A stretch of DNA of 64,000 nt from an uncultured Alphaproteobacteria bacterium (GTDB taxonomy: Bacteria; Pseudomonadota; Alphaproteobacteria; Caedimonadales; UBA9215), in assembly GCA_963974885.1 (NCBI GenBank), contig CAXBEY010000001.1:20372-84371 (forward strand), in the 5' to 3' direction. Below, in pieces: positions 27,489 to 37,154 of the stretch (position 1 is the first letter of the stretch; each line of letters begins with the position of its first letter). A program made the translations under genes and the position numbers. Below the pieces are notes generated by a model. It was given only the letters and a program-made list of their open reading frames with translations, did not search any database and was not told the DNA's origin.

Positions 27489-29234
27489 ATGAACCCTTTT
27501 TCACTATTTTTAGATCATAGTCGCGATATGACAAAAGATCTTATTAAAGAAGGTATTTTGCCAGAAGAAACGCTCCTTGACCGTTTTGTGGTTGAGCCCC
27601 CCAAAGACGCGTCCCACGGTGACCTTGCAACCAATGTTGCTATGGTTTTGTGTAAGCCGGCAAAGATGAGTCCCCGGGCACTTGCCGAGCATTATGTTGA
27701 TCGTTTTAAGAGCCACAAAGATGTGGAATCCGCTGAAATTGCGGGGCCAGGTTTTATCAATATTCGCTTAACACCTTCTTTCTGGCACAGCCAGCTTTCG
27801 ACCCTTTTAAAAGCCGGAGAAGCCTATGGCTCGTCCAATATTGGGCAAGGAGAAAGCGTTAACGTTGAATATGTTTCCACCAACCCAACGGGACCATTGC
27901 ACATTGGGCATTGTCGTGTTGCCGTTGTGGGAGATGTCTTAGCGAGCCTTCTTGAGAAAGCGGGATATAAGGTGACCCGTGAATACTATATTAACGATGC
28001 TGGGGGGCAAGCCAATAACTTGGCGCGTTCGACGTACAAACGTTACCTCCAAGCATTGGGACAGACCATTGATGACCTTGGGTCTTATGGCGGTGATTAT
28101 TTGATCCCCGTTGGAGAGGCACTGTCTAAGGATGTGGGGGAAAAGTGGGTTGATAAGCCGGAAGGTGACTGGCTTGCAGATGTGAGAGCTTATGCCATTG
28201 AGGCTATGATGGCTTTGATTAAGCGTGACCTTGCGACTTTAAATATTCATCAAGATGTTTTCTCTTCAGAGCTTGCCATTGTTAAAGCGGGCCGTGTTGA
28301 AGAAGCCATTGAAGACCTTACGCAAAAGGGGCTTATTTATAAAGGGGTTCTTGAACAGCCCAAGGGACGCGAGATCGATGATTGGGAACCTCGGGAACAA
28401 ACGCTTTTTAGATCGTCCCAATTTGGTGATGACGTGGACCGTGCTATTAAAAAATCCGATGGGAGCTGGACTTATTTTGCCAGTGATATGGCCTATCACC
28501 TCGATAAATTAAAACGCGGATCCCCTAAACTTATTAATGTTTGGGGAGCTGACCATGGCGGTTACGTCAAGCGTTTGTCTTCTGCTGTGATCGCTTTGAG
28601 CGACGGAGCTGCGGAGGTTAACTGTATTTTGTGTCAGATGGTGCGTTTTATGGTAAATGGCAAAGCGTTAAAGATGTCAAAGCGGGATGGAAACTTTATT
28701 ACCGTTGATGAGGCCATTGAAAAAGTGGGGCTTGATGCTATGCGGTTTCTCATGGTCTCTCGAAAAAATGAGGCGTTTCTTGATTTCGATTTCGAGAAAG
28801 CCGTTGAGCAAAGCAAGGATAATCCTGTGTTTTATGTTCAATATGCCTATGCCAGGTGTCATTCCATCAAGCGTCATATAATAGAGCAATTCCCTGGCCT
28901 TGATTTGAGTTCAATGACTTTGTCTCAGTTGCCCCTTGAGGCCCTTGATTCCGAGGAATTTCTGAACCTTATTAAAAAGCTTTCTGAATGGCAACGCCTT
29001 ATTGAGATGGCCGCAAGAACCTATGAGCCCCATAGGATCACCTACTATCTTGGTGAGCTTGCAGCGGAGTTTCATGGTCTATGGAATAAAGGAAAAGAAC
29101 ACTTTCATTTGCGCTTTATTGATCCAGATAATAAAAACTTAACGCAAAAGCACTTTGCACTTGTGGCTGCAGTTGCTACAGTGATCGAATCAGGTCTTAA
29201 CCTCTTGGGGGTAACGCCGCAGGAAAAAATGTAA
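27489..29234 (+). CDS. argS: arginyl-tRNA synthetase
   Basis: 581 aa. NPTGPLHIGHCR (HIGH) and MSKRDGNF (KMSKS-type) motifs, plus a DALR anticodon-binding C-terminus. Confidence 0.95.
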   Translation: MNPFSLFLDHSRDMTKDLIKEGILPEETLLDRFVVEPPKDASHGDLATNVAMVLCKPAKMSPRALAEHYVDRFKSHKDVESAEIAGPGFINIRLTPSFWHSQLSTLLKAGEAYGSSNIGQGESVNVEYVSTNPTGPLHIGHCRVAVVGDVLASLLEKAGYKVTREYYINDAGGQANNLARSTYKRYLQALGQTIDDLGSYGGDYLIPVGEALSKDVGEKWVDKPEGDWLADVRAYAIEAMMALIKRDLATLNIHQDVFSSELAIVKAGRVEEAIEDLTQKGLIYKGVLEQPKGREIDDWEPREQTLFRSSQFGDDVDRAIKKSDGSWTYFASDMAYHLDKLKRGSPKLINVWGADHGGYVKRLSSAVIALSDGAAEVNCILCQMVRFMVNGKALKMSKRDGNFITVDEAIEKVGLDAMRFLMVSRKNEAFLDFDFEKAVEQSKDNPVFYVQYAYARCHSIKRHIIEQFPGLDLSSMTLSQLPLEALDSEEFLNLIKKLSEWQRLIEMAARTYEPHRITYYLGELAAEFHGLWNKGKEHFHLRFIDPDNKNLTQKHFALVAAVATVIESGLNLLGVTPQEKM

Positions 29235-29248
29235 CGGGAATAATAATA

Positions 29249-30379
29249 ATGAACCAGCCTCACCAGTATCAATCAAATTATACAAATCCAGATCGGACCA
29301 ATCCGGAAATTAGCTCTGAGCGCGATGCTCTTAACTTTGTGCGGAATCTCCGCCCAACTTCCACATCTAAAGGAGGATTTATGGGAAAGTTTAACCTTTC
29401 GATGCCTGTTAAAATTAGCGCGATTGTTCTTATTTTTACGGGTGTGGTTCTCAGTGTTTGGACAATGAAGTCTTCTCGTTCATTTGTTGATGACGACGAT
29501 TTGCCGATGATTGCAAATGATTTTGGAGCCGATAGTTTTAAGGCAGCCCCTGGGGAAGAAGATGCGACACAAGCCCCCCATAGCGATAAAGAATTTTATA
29601 GTGAACTTGAACCTGCACAACCCATGACTATGGGCACTGCTGAAAGCAAAGAGCAATTGCGCACAACACCCGAAGCGCCCAGTGAGCAAGTTTCTCAAGA
29701 GGCTCTCTTTGTCGAAGCTAACAAAACCTCTGAAGGGGGAGTAGACAAATCCATTTCTGAGACTTCTAAGGGGGCTGCAAAAGCAGGACCTGCTCTTACT
29801 GCCTCTGCTAAAGAGACGGAAAATACAACAATCAAAGTTGTTGAAACGGCCAATGATACAGCAGAAACTTACAAGGCGCCGGCGCCAACAGCATTAACTC
29901 AGCCTAGAAAAACGTTGAAAATGGCTATCAATGATACTCAGCATGCTATTCATAAAACGGCTAAGTCCTTGGTTCATGATAAGTCTTTATCCAAAGATCA
30001 TCTAGAGAAAAAAGCAGCGCCCGTTCAAGTCGGAAAAGCTAAGTCTACGTCTTCTCAAAAAGTTGTGAAAGCAGCGGCACCGTCCAAAATGGAGTCTTCT
30101 AGTCCCAGCGCTCATTCGAGTGCTCAAAAAATATATTGGGTTCAAATTGCCTCATTGCCGACTCAGGCTGCTGCGGCAAAAGAGTGGAGGCGCCTCCAAG
30201 GCAAAGCCCCTAAACTTCTCAAAGGACAAAATTACCAAGCTGTTCGTGTTGATCTTGGAAAGCCTAAAGGAATTCGCTATCGTGTGCATTTTGGACCCTT
30301 TACGAAGAGCCAGGCTATACAAAAATGTCAAACCTTGAAAAGCAGTAAAATGGGGTGTTTGGTTGTTAAGAAAAAATAA
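29249..30379 (+). CDS. SPOR-domain protein (membrane-anchored, disordered linker)
   Basis: TM helix (VKISAIVLIFTGVVLSVW), a long low-complexity linker, and a C-terminal SPOR-like domain (IYWVQIASLPTQAAAAKEWRRL ... YRVHFGPF). It follows argS, as in many alphaproteobacteria. Confidence 0.75.
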   Translation: MNQPHQYQSNYTNPDRTNPEISSERDALNFVRNLRPTSTSKGGFMGKFNLSMPVKISAIVLIFTGVVLSVWTMKSSRSFVDDDDLPMIANDFGADSFKAAPGEEDATQAPHSDKEFYSELEPAQPMTMGTAESKEQLRTTPEAPSEQVSQEALFVEANKTSEGGVDKSISETSKGAAKAGPALTASAKETENTTIKVVETANDTAETYKAPAPTALTQPRKTLKMAINDTQHAIHKTAKSLVHDKSLSKDHLEKKAAPVQVGKAKSTSSQKVVKAAAPSKMESSSPSAHSSAQKIYWVQIASLPTQAAAAKEWRRLQGKAPKLLKGQNYQAVRVDLGKPKGIRYRVHFGPFTKSQAIQKCQTLKSSKMGCLVVKKK

Positions 30380-30399
30380 TCAAGGTGACATTGCATTAA

Positions 30400-31098
30400 A
30401 TGGATGTACAAATTTTTGAAATCCTAACCAATATTTTAATTTATGGTGTGCCAGCTGTTTTGGCTATTACCCTTCACGAAGCCGCCCATGGTTATGCGGC
30501 CCTTCAAAAAGGAGACGATACGGCAAAACGGGCTGGCCGCCTTTCTATGAACCCTTTTCGCCATGTGGACCCTTTTGGGACCATTATTTTACCGGCTGTC
30601 CTTATTTTTACCCAGGTGCCTTTTATCTTTGGGTATGCAAAACCTGTCCCTGTGAATTTTAATGCCTTAAGAAACCCGCGATTGGACATGGTTTATGTCG
30701 CTATTGCTGGCCCTGCGACCAATATTTTTCTAGCAACACTCTCGGCCCTTTTATTTTACACCCTTGCTTATATGCCTATTCCATTGGCTAAATTAATGGT
30801 GCAAATGCTGGCATTTTCCATTAATATTAATGTTCTTTTGGCTATTTTCAATATGCTTCCCTTGCCACCCCTTGATGGGGGACGTGTTGCCGTTGGGCTT
30901 TTGCCCCCTGCTTTGGCCCGACCTTTGGCTTCTTTGGAGCGTTGGGGTTTTGCTATTATTATAGGCGTTTTTATGTTGCTGCCTTTTATTCTTGGGCAAA
31001 TGGGTATTCACTTTAGTTTATTTGAGGTCTTGATAAAAGAACCAATGACGTGGACAATAAACCTAATAGCCTCTCTCACAGGCATCACAAATCTTTAA
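30400..31098 (+). CDS. site-2 protease (M50) family membrane metalloprotease
   Basis: HEAAHGYAA (HExxH) in the first helix and a NMLPLPPLDGG motif. 232 aa, polytopic. Confidence 0.75.
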   Translation: MDVQIFEILTNILIYGVPAVLAITLHEAAHGYAALQKGDDTAKRAGRLSMNPFRHVDPFGTIILPAVLIFTQVPFIFGYAKPVPVNFNALRNPRLDMVYVAIAGPATNIFLATLSALLFYTLAYMPIPLAKLMVQMLAFSININVLLAIFNMLPLPPLDGGRVAVGLLPPALARPLASLERWGFAIIIGVFMLLPFILGQMGIHFSLFEVLIKEPMTWTINLIASLTGITNL

Positions 31099-31110
31099 AG
31101 GAGAATATTT

Positions 31111-31506
31111 ATGAGCGTTGGTTTTTGGCAGATTATTATTATTGTATTACTTATCCTCGTTTTTTTTGGAAAAGGAAAGATTTCAAGTTTTATGGCTGAT
31201 CTTGGTAAGGGGATGAAATCCTTTAAAGATGGTATGGAGGAAGAAGAAAAAAACGGCAAAAAAAACGATAAGAAAAAGGGTTCAGTAAAGACGATTGCCG
31301 CAAAAAAGCTTGCTGCAAAAAAGGCGTTGCCTTCTAAGAAACCGGCGCCAAAAAAAGAAACGGCTAAGAAAGTGACTCAAAAGAAAACCCCTACAAAGGC
31401 GGCTGCAGCGAAAAAGCCCCCTGTTAAAAAAACAGCGGTTAAGAAAGCGCCTGCAAAGCAAGTGGCAAAAAAAACGCCTCCTAAAAAAACACTTAAAAAG
31501 AAATAA
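31111..31506 (+). CDS. tatA: twin-arginine translocase subunit TatA with a long Lys/Ala/Pro-rich C-terminal extension
   Basis: The N-terminal about 45 aa are canonical TatA (WQIIIIVLLILVFFGKGKISSFMADLGKGMKSFKDG). The remaining about 85 aa are AAKK/PAKK-type low complexity. Confidence 0.85.
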   Translation: MSVGFWQIIIIVLLILVFFGKGKISSFMADLGKGMKSFKDGMEEEEKNGKKNDKKKGSVKTIAAKKLAAKKALPSKKPAPKKETAKKVTQKKTPTKAAAAKKPPVKKTAVKKAPAKQVAKKTPPKKTLKKK

Positions 31507-31512
31507 AGCCTG

Positions 31513-31815
31513 ATGTTCGATCTTGGTACGTGGGGTGAGCTCCTTATTATTCTTGTGGCAGCTTTGGTCCTTATTGGGCCAAAGGAAATGCCAACCCTTT
31601 TACGGGCCTTGGGTCGTCTGATTCAAAAGGTGAAAAATTTAAGTGCGGGGCTTCGCCGAGAAATTGACCAGTATATCCATGAGGGCGAATTTGAAGAATA
31701 CACCAAAGGGGCTAATGTTCTAGGTATGATGGACCAAGATGAAACGGTCTTGATCAAAGAAAAAACACCTAAAAAAAAGGTCAAGAAACCTTTAAAAAAG
31801 ACACCTAAAAAATGA
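31513..31815 (+). CDS. tatB: twin-arginine translocase subunit TatB
   Basis: MFDLGTWGELLIILVAALVLIGPKEMP is a TatB-type N-terminus. Lys-rich tail KTPKKKVKKPLKKTPKK. Confidence 0.8.
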   Translation: MFDLGTWGELLIILVAALVLIGPKEMPTLLRALGRLIQKVKNLSAGLRREIDQYIHEGEFEEYTKGANVLGMMDQDETVLIKEKTPKKKVKKPLKKTPKK

Positions 31816-32630
31816 CGTCTTCTCGAAAATCTGATCCCGACTCTTCTTCTAAGTCAAATTCTGATAAAGAAATGCCCCTTGTGGCTCATCTTTTGGAATT
31901 GCGTTCTCGGTTGCTGTGGAGCTTTCTTTTTTTCACCATAGCTTTTGCAGCCCTTTATCCTTTTTCACAACACCTTTTTGCTTATCTGGTCACACCTCTG
32001 GCTGATCTTTTAACGGGAAATGAAGCAACTGGCGAGACAAGGCGTTTGATTTATACAGGTCTCCCCGAGGCTTTTTTGACCTATTTGAAGGTGACCCTTT
32101 TTTCAGCCTTCTTTGTTTCTTTTCCTCTCATTGCCATGCAAATTTGGCGCTTTATTATGCCGGGACTTTATAAAAATGAGCGCAGAACCTTCTTTCTTTT
32201 TATGGTTTCAACACCTTTTTTGTTTGTGATTGGGGCTGGGTTTGCTTTTTATGGAGTCATTCCCATGGCGTGGAAATTCTTTTTAAGCTATGAAAGTTCT
32301 GCTGCTGTCACCGGCCTTGCCATTCAATTGGAAGCACGGGTCAGTGAATACCTTTCCATGACCCTACAAATGATGATCGCCTTTGGGTTGTGTTTCCAAC
32401 TCCCCCTTATTCTGCTTTTATTGGCAAAATTAGGAATGCTAACCTCAAGATCCCTTGCAGAAAAACGTCGCTATGCTATTGTCTTAATTCTAATTGCCTC
32501 AGCAATTTTAACGCCCCCGGATGTTTTGAGTATGATGGGGCTTGCTATTCCGCTTTATGGATTATATGAACTTTCAATTATATTGGTGCGTTTTTTTGCC
32601 GCTCCCAATAAGGATCAGGAGAAAAACTAA
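31812..32630 (+). CDS. tatC: twin-arginine translocase subunit TatC
   Basis: 272 aa with 6 TM. MPLVAHLLELRSRLL is a TatC N-terminal motif. 4-nt overlap with tatB. Confidence 0.9.
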   Translation: MTSSRKSDPDSSSKSNSDKEMPLVAHLLELRSRLLWSFLFFTIAFAALYPFSQHLFAYLVTPLADLLTGNEATGETRRLIYTGLPEAFLTYLKVTLFSAFFVSFPLIAMQIWRFIMPGLYKNERRTFFLFMVSTPFLFVIGAGFAFYGVIPMAWKFFLSYESSAAVTGLAIQLEARVSEYLSMTLQMMIAFGLCFQLPLILLLLAKLGMLTSRSLAEKRRYAIVLILIASAILTPPDVLSMMGLAIPLYGLYELSIILVRFFAAPNKDQEKN

Positions 32631-33920
32631 GTGTTAGATATTAAGTGGATTCGAGATAATCCAGATTTATTGGATGCCGGCCTAAAAAAGCGTAATAAAC
32701 CCCCTTGTGCAGCGCAATTAATCGACTTGGATATAACACACCGTGATCTTCTAACACAAGTTCAAGATCTACAAAGTGAGCGTAATACCGTAGCAAAGGC
32801 CTTTGGAGAGGCTAAGCGTAAGGGTGAATCCGCTGATGAATTGGGTGCTCGAGCAACGGAAATCAAGCAATTACTTGCCAGCCTTGAGGAAAAATCAACC
32901 AAGGCCCAAAATGAACTAGAGCACCTCCTTGCTATTACTCCTAATATGCCCCGGGATGAAGTGCCCGCAGGTATCGATGAAGCTGATAACGAACTTGTTA
33001 AAACGTGGGGCGACCTTCCTGCTTTTGATTTTGAGCCCAAGCGTCACTTTGACCTTGGGGAAGAGTTAAGGCTGATGGATTTTGAAACCGCGGCTAAGAT
33101 GTCAGGGTCTCGCTTTGTTATTTTGCGGGGAGCCCTTGCAAAGATGGAGCGTGCTCTTGCAAACTTTATGTTGGATCGTCATATCGAAACCTATGGTTAT
33201 GAAGAAATTCAACCGCCTGTTCTTGTGAAAGACCAAGCCTTTTATGGTGCAGGGTTGCTGCCTAAATTTTCTGATAATGCTTTTAAAACAACGGAAGATC
33301 ATTGGTTAATTCCAACATCAGAAGTCCCTCTCTCTAACATGGTCAGTGATTCTATTGTTGAAGAAAAAGAGCTGCCTTTGCGCTTTGTCGCTCATACCCC
33401 TTGTTTTCGCTCGGAGGCCGGTGCTGCTGGACGAGATACGAGGGGCATGATTCGCCTTCACCAATTTAACAAGGTTGAGCTGGTGTCCATCACCCATCCT
33501 GATGGAACCCAAAAAGAGCATGAGCGCATCGTATCTTGTGCGGAAAGTATCCTTGAAAGTTTGGAATTACCCTATCGCCGCATGTTGCTTTGTGGGGGAG
33601 ATATGGGGATTCAGTCTGAAAAGACTTATGATCTTGAGGTTTGGTTGCCGGGGGAAAACACGTACCGTGAAATTTCCAGCTGTTCGACTTGTGGAGATTA
33701 TCAAGCACGTCGTATGAAAGCACGCTTCAGGGATGAAAAAACCGTAGACGGCAAGAAAGCAAAGCCTCGTTTAGTGAATACCCTTAATGGGTCGGGGCTT
33801 GCGGTAGGACGCACCCTTGTGGCGGTGCTTGAGAATTATCAACAGGCTGACGGTTCCATTATGGTTCCGGAGGTTTTGCGCCCCTATATGGGTGGGCTTG
33901 AGAAAATTGAAAAAAGGTAA
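32631..33920 (+). CDS. serS: seryl-tRNA synthetase
   Basis: 429 aa. The GTG start abuts the tatC stop. N-terminal coiled-coil arm and class II core (FRSEAGAAGRDTRGMIRLHQFNKVE, GSGLAVGRTLVA). Confidence 0.95.
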   Translation: MLDIKWIRDNPDLLDAGLKKRNKPPCAAQLIDLDITHRDLLTQVQDLQSERNTVAKAFGEAKRKGESADELGARATEIKQLLASLEEKSTKAQNELEHLLAITPNMPRDEVPAGIDEADNELVKTWGDLPAFDFEPKRHFDLGEELRLMDFETAAKMSGSRFVILRGALAKMERALANFMLDRHIETYGYEEIQPPVLVKDQAFYGAGLLPKFSDNAFKTTEDHWLIPTSEVPLSNMVSDSIVEEKELPLRFVAHTPCFRSEAGAAGRDTRGMIRLHQFNKVELVSITHPDGTQKEHERIVSCAESILESLELPYRRMLLCGGDMGIQSEKTYDLEVWLPGENTYREISSCSTCGDYQARRMKARFRDEKTVDGKKAKPRLVNTLNGSGLAVGRTLVAVLENYQQADGSIMVPEVLRPYMGGLEKIEKR

Positions 33921-33924
33921 ATTT

Positions 33925-34983
33925 GTGAAAAAAACAACTCACTATCATTTTGTTGTTTTTCTTTTCTTACTCCCGTTGTTGGTGTTGGGTGGTTGTGTCT
34001 TTGATCGTTATCACCCCTATTTTTCAAATGCACCCCTAAGGCAGAATAACCCAGCAATTTCCGTTCAAAAGGGGGATAATTTATACCAAGTCTCTAAGCG
34101 TTACGATGTGACCTTGCGGGACCTTATCGATATTAATAAGTTAAAACCACCCTATCATATTCGCCCCGGACAAGCCCTCCTTCTTCCCAAAAAACGCCTC
34201 CATATTGTCAGACGCCACGAAACGCTAACCTCTATTTCTCGTAAAAGAAATGTGGATATTCACAGCCTTGTTAAGATGAATAACCTAAAGCCACCCTATA
34301 ACCTTCATGAAAATCAGCGTTTAAAACTGTCCTACCCAACAACCTCAAGATCCTCGGCTCCTTTTGCTCAAACAAAACCTTTAATAAAGAGGCAAAGTAA
34401 AAAAGAAGTTGAACCGCTTTTGCCTTTAGAAAAAAAATTAGCACGTCAAAAGCCCAAGCCCCTTGGTGTGGGCCTGTTAGAAGGGGGCCCCCCTCAAAAA
34501 CCTACTCTGAAATCCGTTAGGAAAACCTCTCAAAAAACCCTGAAAAAGCCAACGCCTTCCTCTCAATCACGCTCTGCTCACAAAATAAAACCTATAAAAC
34601 AATCCCCTATTTCAAAGTTCCAATGGCCTATGCGAGGGAAAATTCTCGCAAAGTATGGTAAAAAATCCGCTGGTTTGCGTAACGATGGTATCAATATTAA
34701 AGCTGCAAAAGGAACACCGATTAAGGCTGCTGAATCTGGGCAGGTTGTTTACGTTGGCAGCGCTCTAAAGGGGTATGGAAATTTGATTCTTATTAAGCAT
34801 AGGGGAGGCTGGATGACGGCCTATGCCCATGCTCAAAAAACCTTTGTGTCTAAGGGGAGTGATATTAAAAAGGGACAAAAAATTGCTCTCGTTGGATCAA
34901 CGGGCAATGTAAAAATCCCTCAACTTCATTTTGAGATAAGGAAAAAAACACGAACGGTTGATCCCGTGCGCTATCTCAAGTAG
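33925..34983 (+). CDS. NlpD-like lipoprotein: two LysM domains + degenerate LytM (M23) domain
   Basis: GTG 33925, lipobox LVLGGC, two LysM repeats. In the C-terminal M23 fold the HxxxD site reads NDGIN and HxH reads QLH. It therefore resembles amidase-activator dLytM proteins more than an active peptidase. The ORF-track start at 33817 overlaps serS and is discounted. Confidence 0.8.
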   Translation: MKKTTHYHFVVFLFLLPLLVLGGCVFDRYHPYFSNAPLRQNNPAISVQKGDNLYQVSKRYDVTLRDLIDINKLKPPYHIRPGQALLLPKKRLHIVRRHETLTSISRKRNVDIHSLVKMNNLKPPYNLHENQRLKLSYPTTSRSSAPFAQTKPLIKRQSKKEVEPLLPLEKKLARQKPKPLGVGLLEGGPPQKPTLKSVRKTSQKTLKKPTPSSQSRSAHKIKPIKQSPISKFQWPMRGKILAKYGKKSAGLRNDGINIKAAKGTPIKAAESGQVVYVGSALKGYGNLILIKHRGGWMTAYAHAQKTFVSKGSDIKKGQKIALVGSTGNVKIPQLHFEIRKKTRTVDPVRYLK

Positions 34984-35026
34984 ACTGTCCCTATCTTTAT
35001 TTTTATATACCCTGAAAGGAAAACAC

Positions 35027-35458
35027 ATGTTAGCAATCACTTTAGCAGATTTTAGTTTTATTGGCACTGCAAACGCCCAAGCCTTTGGCGGCTCAGGAGG
35101 CATTGTAGGTTTTTTACCCATTATTGCAATCTTTGCCATCATGTACTTTTTTATGTTTCGCCCCCAAAGCAAGAAAGCAAAAGAGCATCGTGAAATGGTG
35201 GCAGCCCTTAAGCGTGGTGATCGTGTTGTGATTGCCAATGGTCTTTTGGGGATCGTGACAAAAGTCATTGATGAGACTGAAATTTCCGTCGAGATCGCGT
35301 CGGGTGTTGATGTTAAAGTCATTCGCTCAAGTGTTTCCCAAGTGATTTCAAAAAAAGTCCCCGCAGAGAAAAACACGGCTGATAAGCCAGCTGTGAAAAA
35401 AACAGTGGCTCTTAAGAAAAAAGCAGCGCCCAAAAAATCAACGGCTGTAAAAAAATAA
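35027..35458 (+). CDS. yajC: preprotein translocase subunit YajC with a Lys-rich C-terminal tail
   Basis: PIIAIFAIMYFFMFRPQSKKAKEH...GDRVVIANGLLGIVTKV is the canonical YajC core. The start is ATG 35027. The tail reads KKVPAEKNTADKPAVKKTVALKKKAAPKKSTAVKK. Confidence 0.85.
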   Translation: MLAITLADFSFIGTANAQAFGGSGGIVGFLPIIAIFAIMYFFMFRPQSKKAKEHREMVAALKRGDRVVIANGLLGIVTKVIDETEISVEIASGVDVKVIRSSVSQVISKKVPAEKNTADKPAVKKTVALKKKAAPKKSTAVKK

Positions 35459-35491
35459 TACCCTACCTCCGTATAGAATAGAGTTAAGAAA

Positions 35492-37069
35492 ATGATTCAT
35501 ATCCCCTTTTGGAAACGTTTGGTTGTCCTTGTCACTGTGATTTTTGGTGTGCTTTTTGCTGCCCCAACTTTTATGGATAATAAAGATGTAGAAAGCTTGC
35601 CAAGCTGGCTACAAGATCAGGTCAGCCTCGGCTTGGATCTGCAAGGTGGCTCCCACTTATTATTAGAAGTGGACGTGCCGTCAGCCCTCAAGGATCAAGT
35701 CAGTGTTCTGGCCGATGATGCTCGTAAAATATTGCGCAAAAAACGTCTCAAGTTTTCTAATATGCGGGTGGAAGGATTAACGGTACGTTTTAAAGTTGAT
35801 ACGCCATCTGATCGTCAAGCTATTCACAAGGCCTTGGCTCAACAAGGCGTTGAGACTAAATTTAATGAGGGCACCTCCGAGTTTTCTCAGAAATTTACGG
35901 ATGCTGAAATTGCTCAAAAGAAAACATTACTGATTCAACAATCCCGCGAGATTATTGAACGCCGTATTAATGCTCTTGGTACACGGGAACCCAATATTCA
36001 AACTCAAGGGACCGATCGCATTATTATTCAATTGCCCGGTGTGAGCGATCCTGGAAAAGTAAAAGATATCCTTGGTAAAACAGCCAAGCTAACTTTTCAA
36101 ATGGTTCACAATCAATACCCGACGTTGGCCTCCACAGGAGGACGTGTTCTTCCCGGGACTATTGCGGTACCAGAAGACCCTTCCCAAGTGCGCGGGAATC
36201 GTGAGCCTCTTACCTACCTTGTGAAAAAACAAGTTCTTCTTACGGGCGAGAGCCTTTCCAATGCTCAGCCCGGCTTTTCTGAGAATAATGCGCCAGTTGT
36301 GACCATGCGTTTTGATACCGTTGGCGCTCGTAAATTTGGCGAAATCACAAAACAATATACCCACCATCAATTGGCTATGATTCTTGATGGAAAGGTGATT
36401 AGCGCCCCAAATTTAAACGAGCCAATTATGGGAGGAAATGTTCAAATTTCTGGTAATTTTACCGTTGAAGAAACTGTTAATCTCTCGATTCTTTTGCGGG
36501 CAGGCTCTTTACCAGCGCCTTTGAATGTCCTGGAGGAGCGTACTGTGGGACCTGATTTAGGAGCAGATTCTGTTGCAGCTGGTGAAAATGCCACCGTTGT
36601 TGCTATTATTCTCGTCTTTGTGTTTATGTTGGTTGGCTATTCCCTTTTTGGACTTTTTGCGAATATTGCTTTGGCCTTTAACTTTGTGTTTTTGATTGCT
36701 GCTTTAGCGTTAACGGGGTCAACTTTGACTTTGCCTGGTATTGCTGGTATTGCGTTGACCCTAGGTATGGCCGTTGATGCTAATGTCCTGATTCTCGAGC
36801 GTATTAAAGAAGAGCTTCGAGCGGGGACTAAGCTGATACAAGCCATTGATGCGGGTTATAAACGCGCCATGACCACAATTATTGACTCCAACATTACAAC
36901 CCTTATTGGTGGATTGGCCCTGTTCTTTTTTGGATCAGGACCCGTTAAGGGATTTGGCGTGACCCTGTGTCTAGGCATTGTGATTTCAATGTTTACAGCC
37001 ATTACCTTGACTCGGATTTTAGCGGTTTCATGGTTTAAATGGGCAAAACCAAAAACCCTTCCTATTTAA
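35492..37069 (+). CDS. secD: protein translocase subunit SecD
   Basis: 525 aa. LGLDLQGG motif, large periplasmic domain, C-terminal 5-6 TM bundle. Confidence 0.95.
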   Translation: MIHIPFWKRLVVLVTVIFGVLFAAPTFMDNKDVESLPSWLQDQVSLGLDLQGGSHLLLEVDVPSALKDQVSVLADDARKILRKKRLKFSNMRVEGLTVRFKVDTPSDRQAIHKALAQQGVETKFNEGTSEFSQKFTDAEIAQKKTLLIQQSREIIERRINALGTREPNIQTQGTDRIIIQLPGVSDPGKVKDILGKTAKLTFQMVHNQYPTLASTGGRVLPGTIAVPEDPSQVRGNREPLTYLVKKQVLLTGESLSNAQPGFSENNAPVVTMRFDTVGARKFGEITKQYTHHQLAMILDGKVISAPNLNEPIMGGNVQISGNFTVEETVNLSILLRAGSLPAPLNVLEERTVGPDLGADSVAAGENATVVAIILVFVFMLVGYSLFGLFANIALAFNFVFLIAALALTGSTLTLPGIAGIALTLGMAVDANVLILERIKEELRAGTKLIQAIDAGYKRAMTTIIDSNITTLIGGLALFFFGSGPVKGFGVTLCLGIVISMFTAITLTRILAVSWFKWAKPKTLPI

Positions 37070-37154
37070 AATAGGCTATCAAGAACAGACTATTAAAATA
37101 GTTTATTTAAAAGACAGACCCTTTAACAAAAAATAAAGACTTAAGAGAAATAAT

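Noticed and set aside
34897-35433. 178-aa minus-strand ORF.
   Set aside because: Antisense to yajC and the nlpD-like 3' end. Its Phe/Ala-rich sequence is the complement of the Lys/Ala-rich yajC tail.
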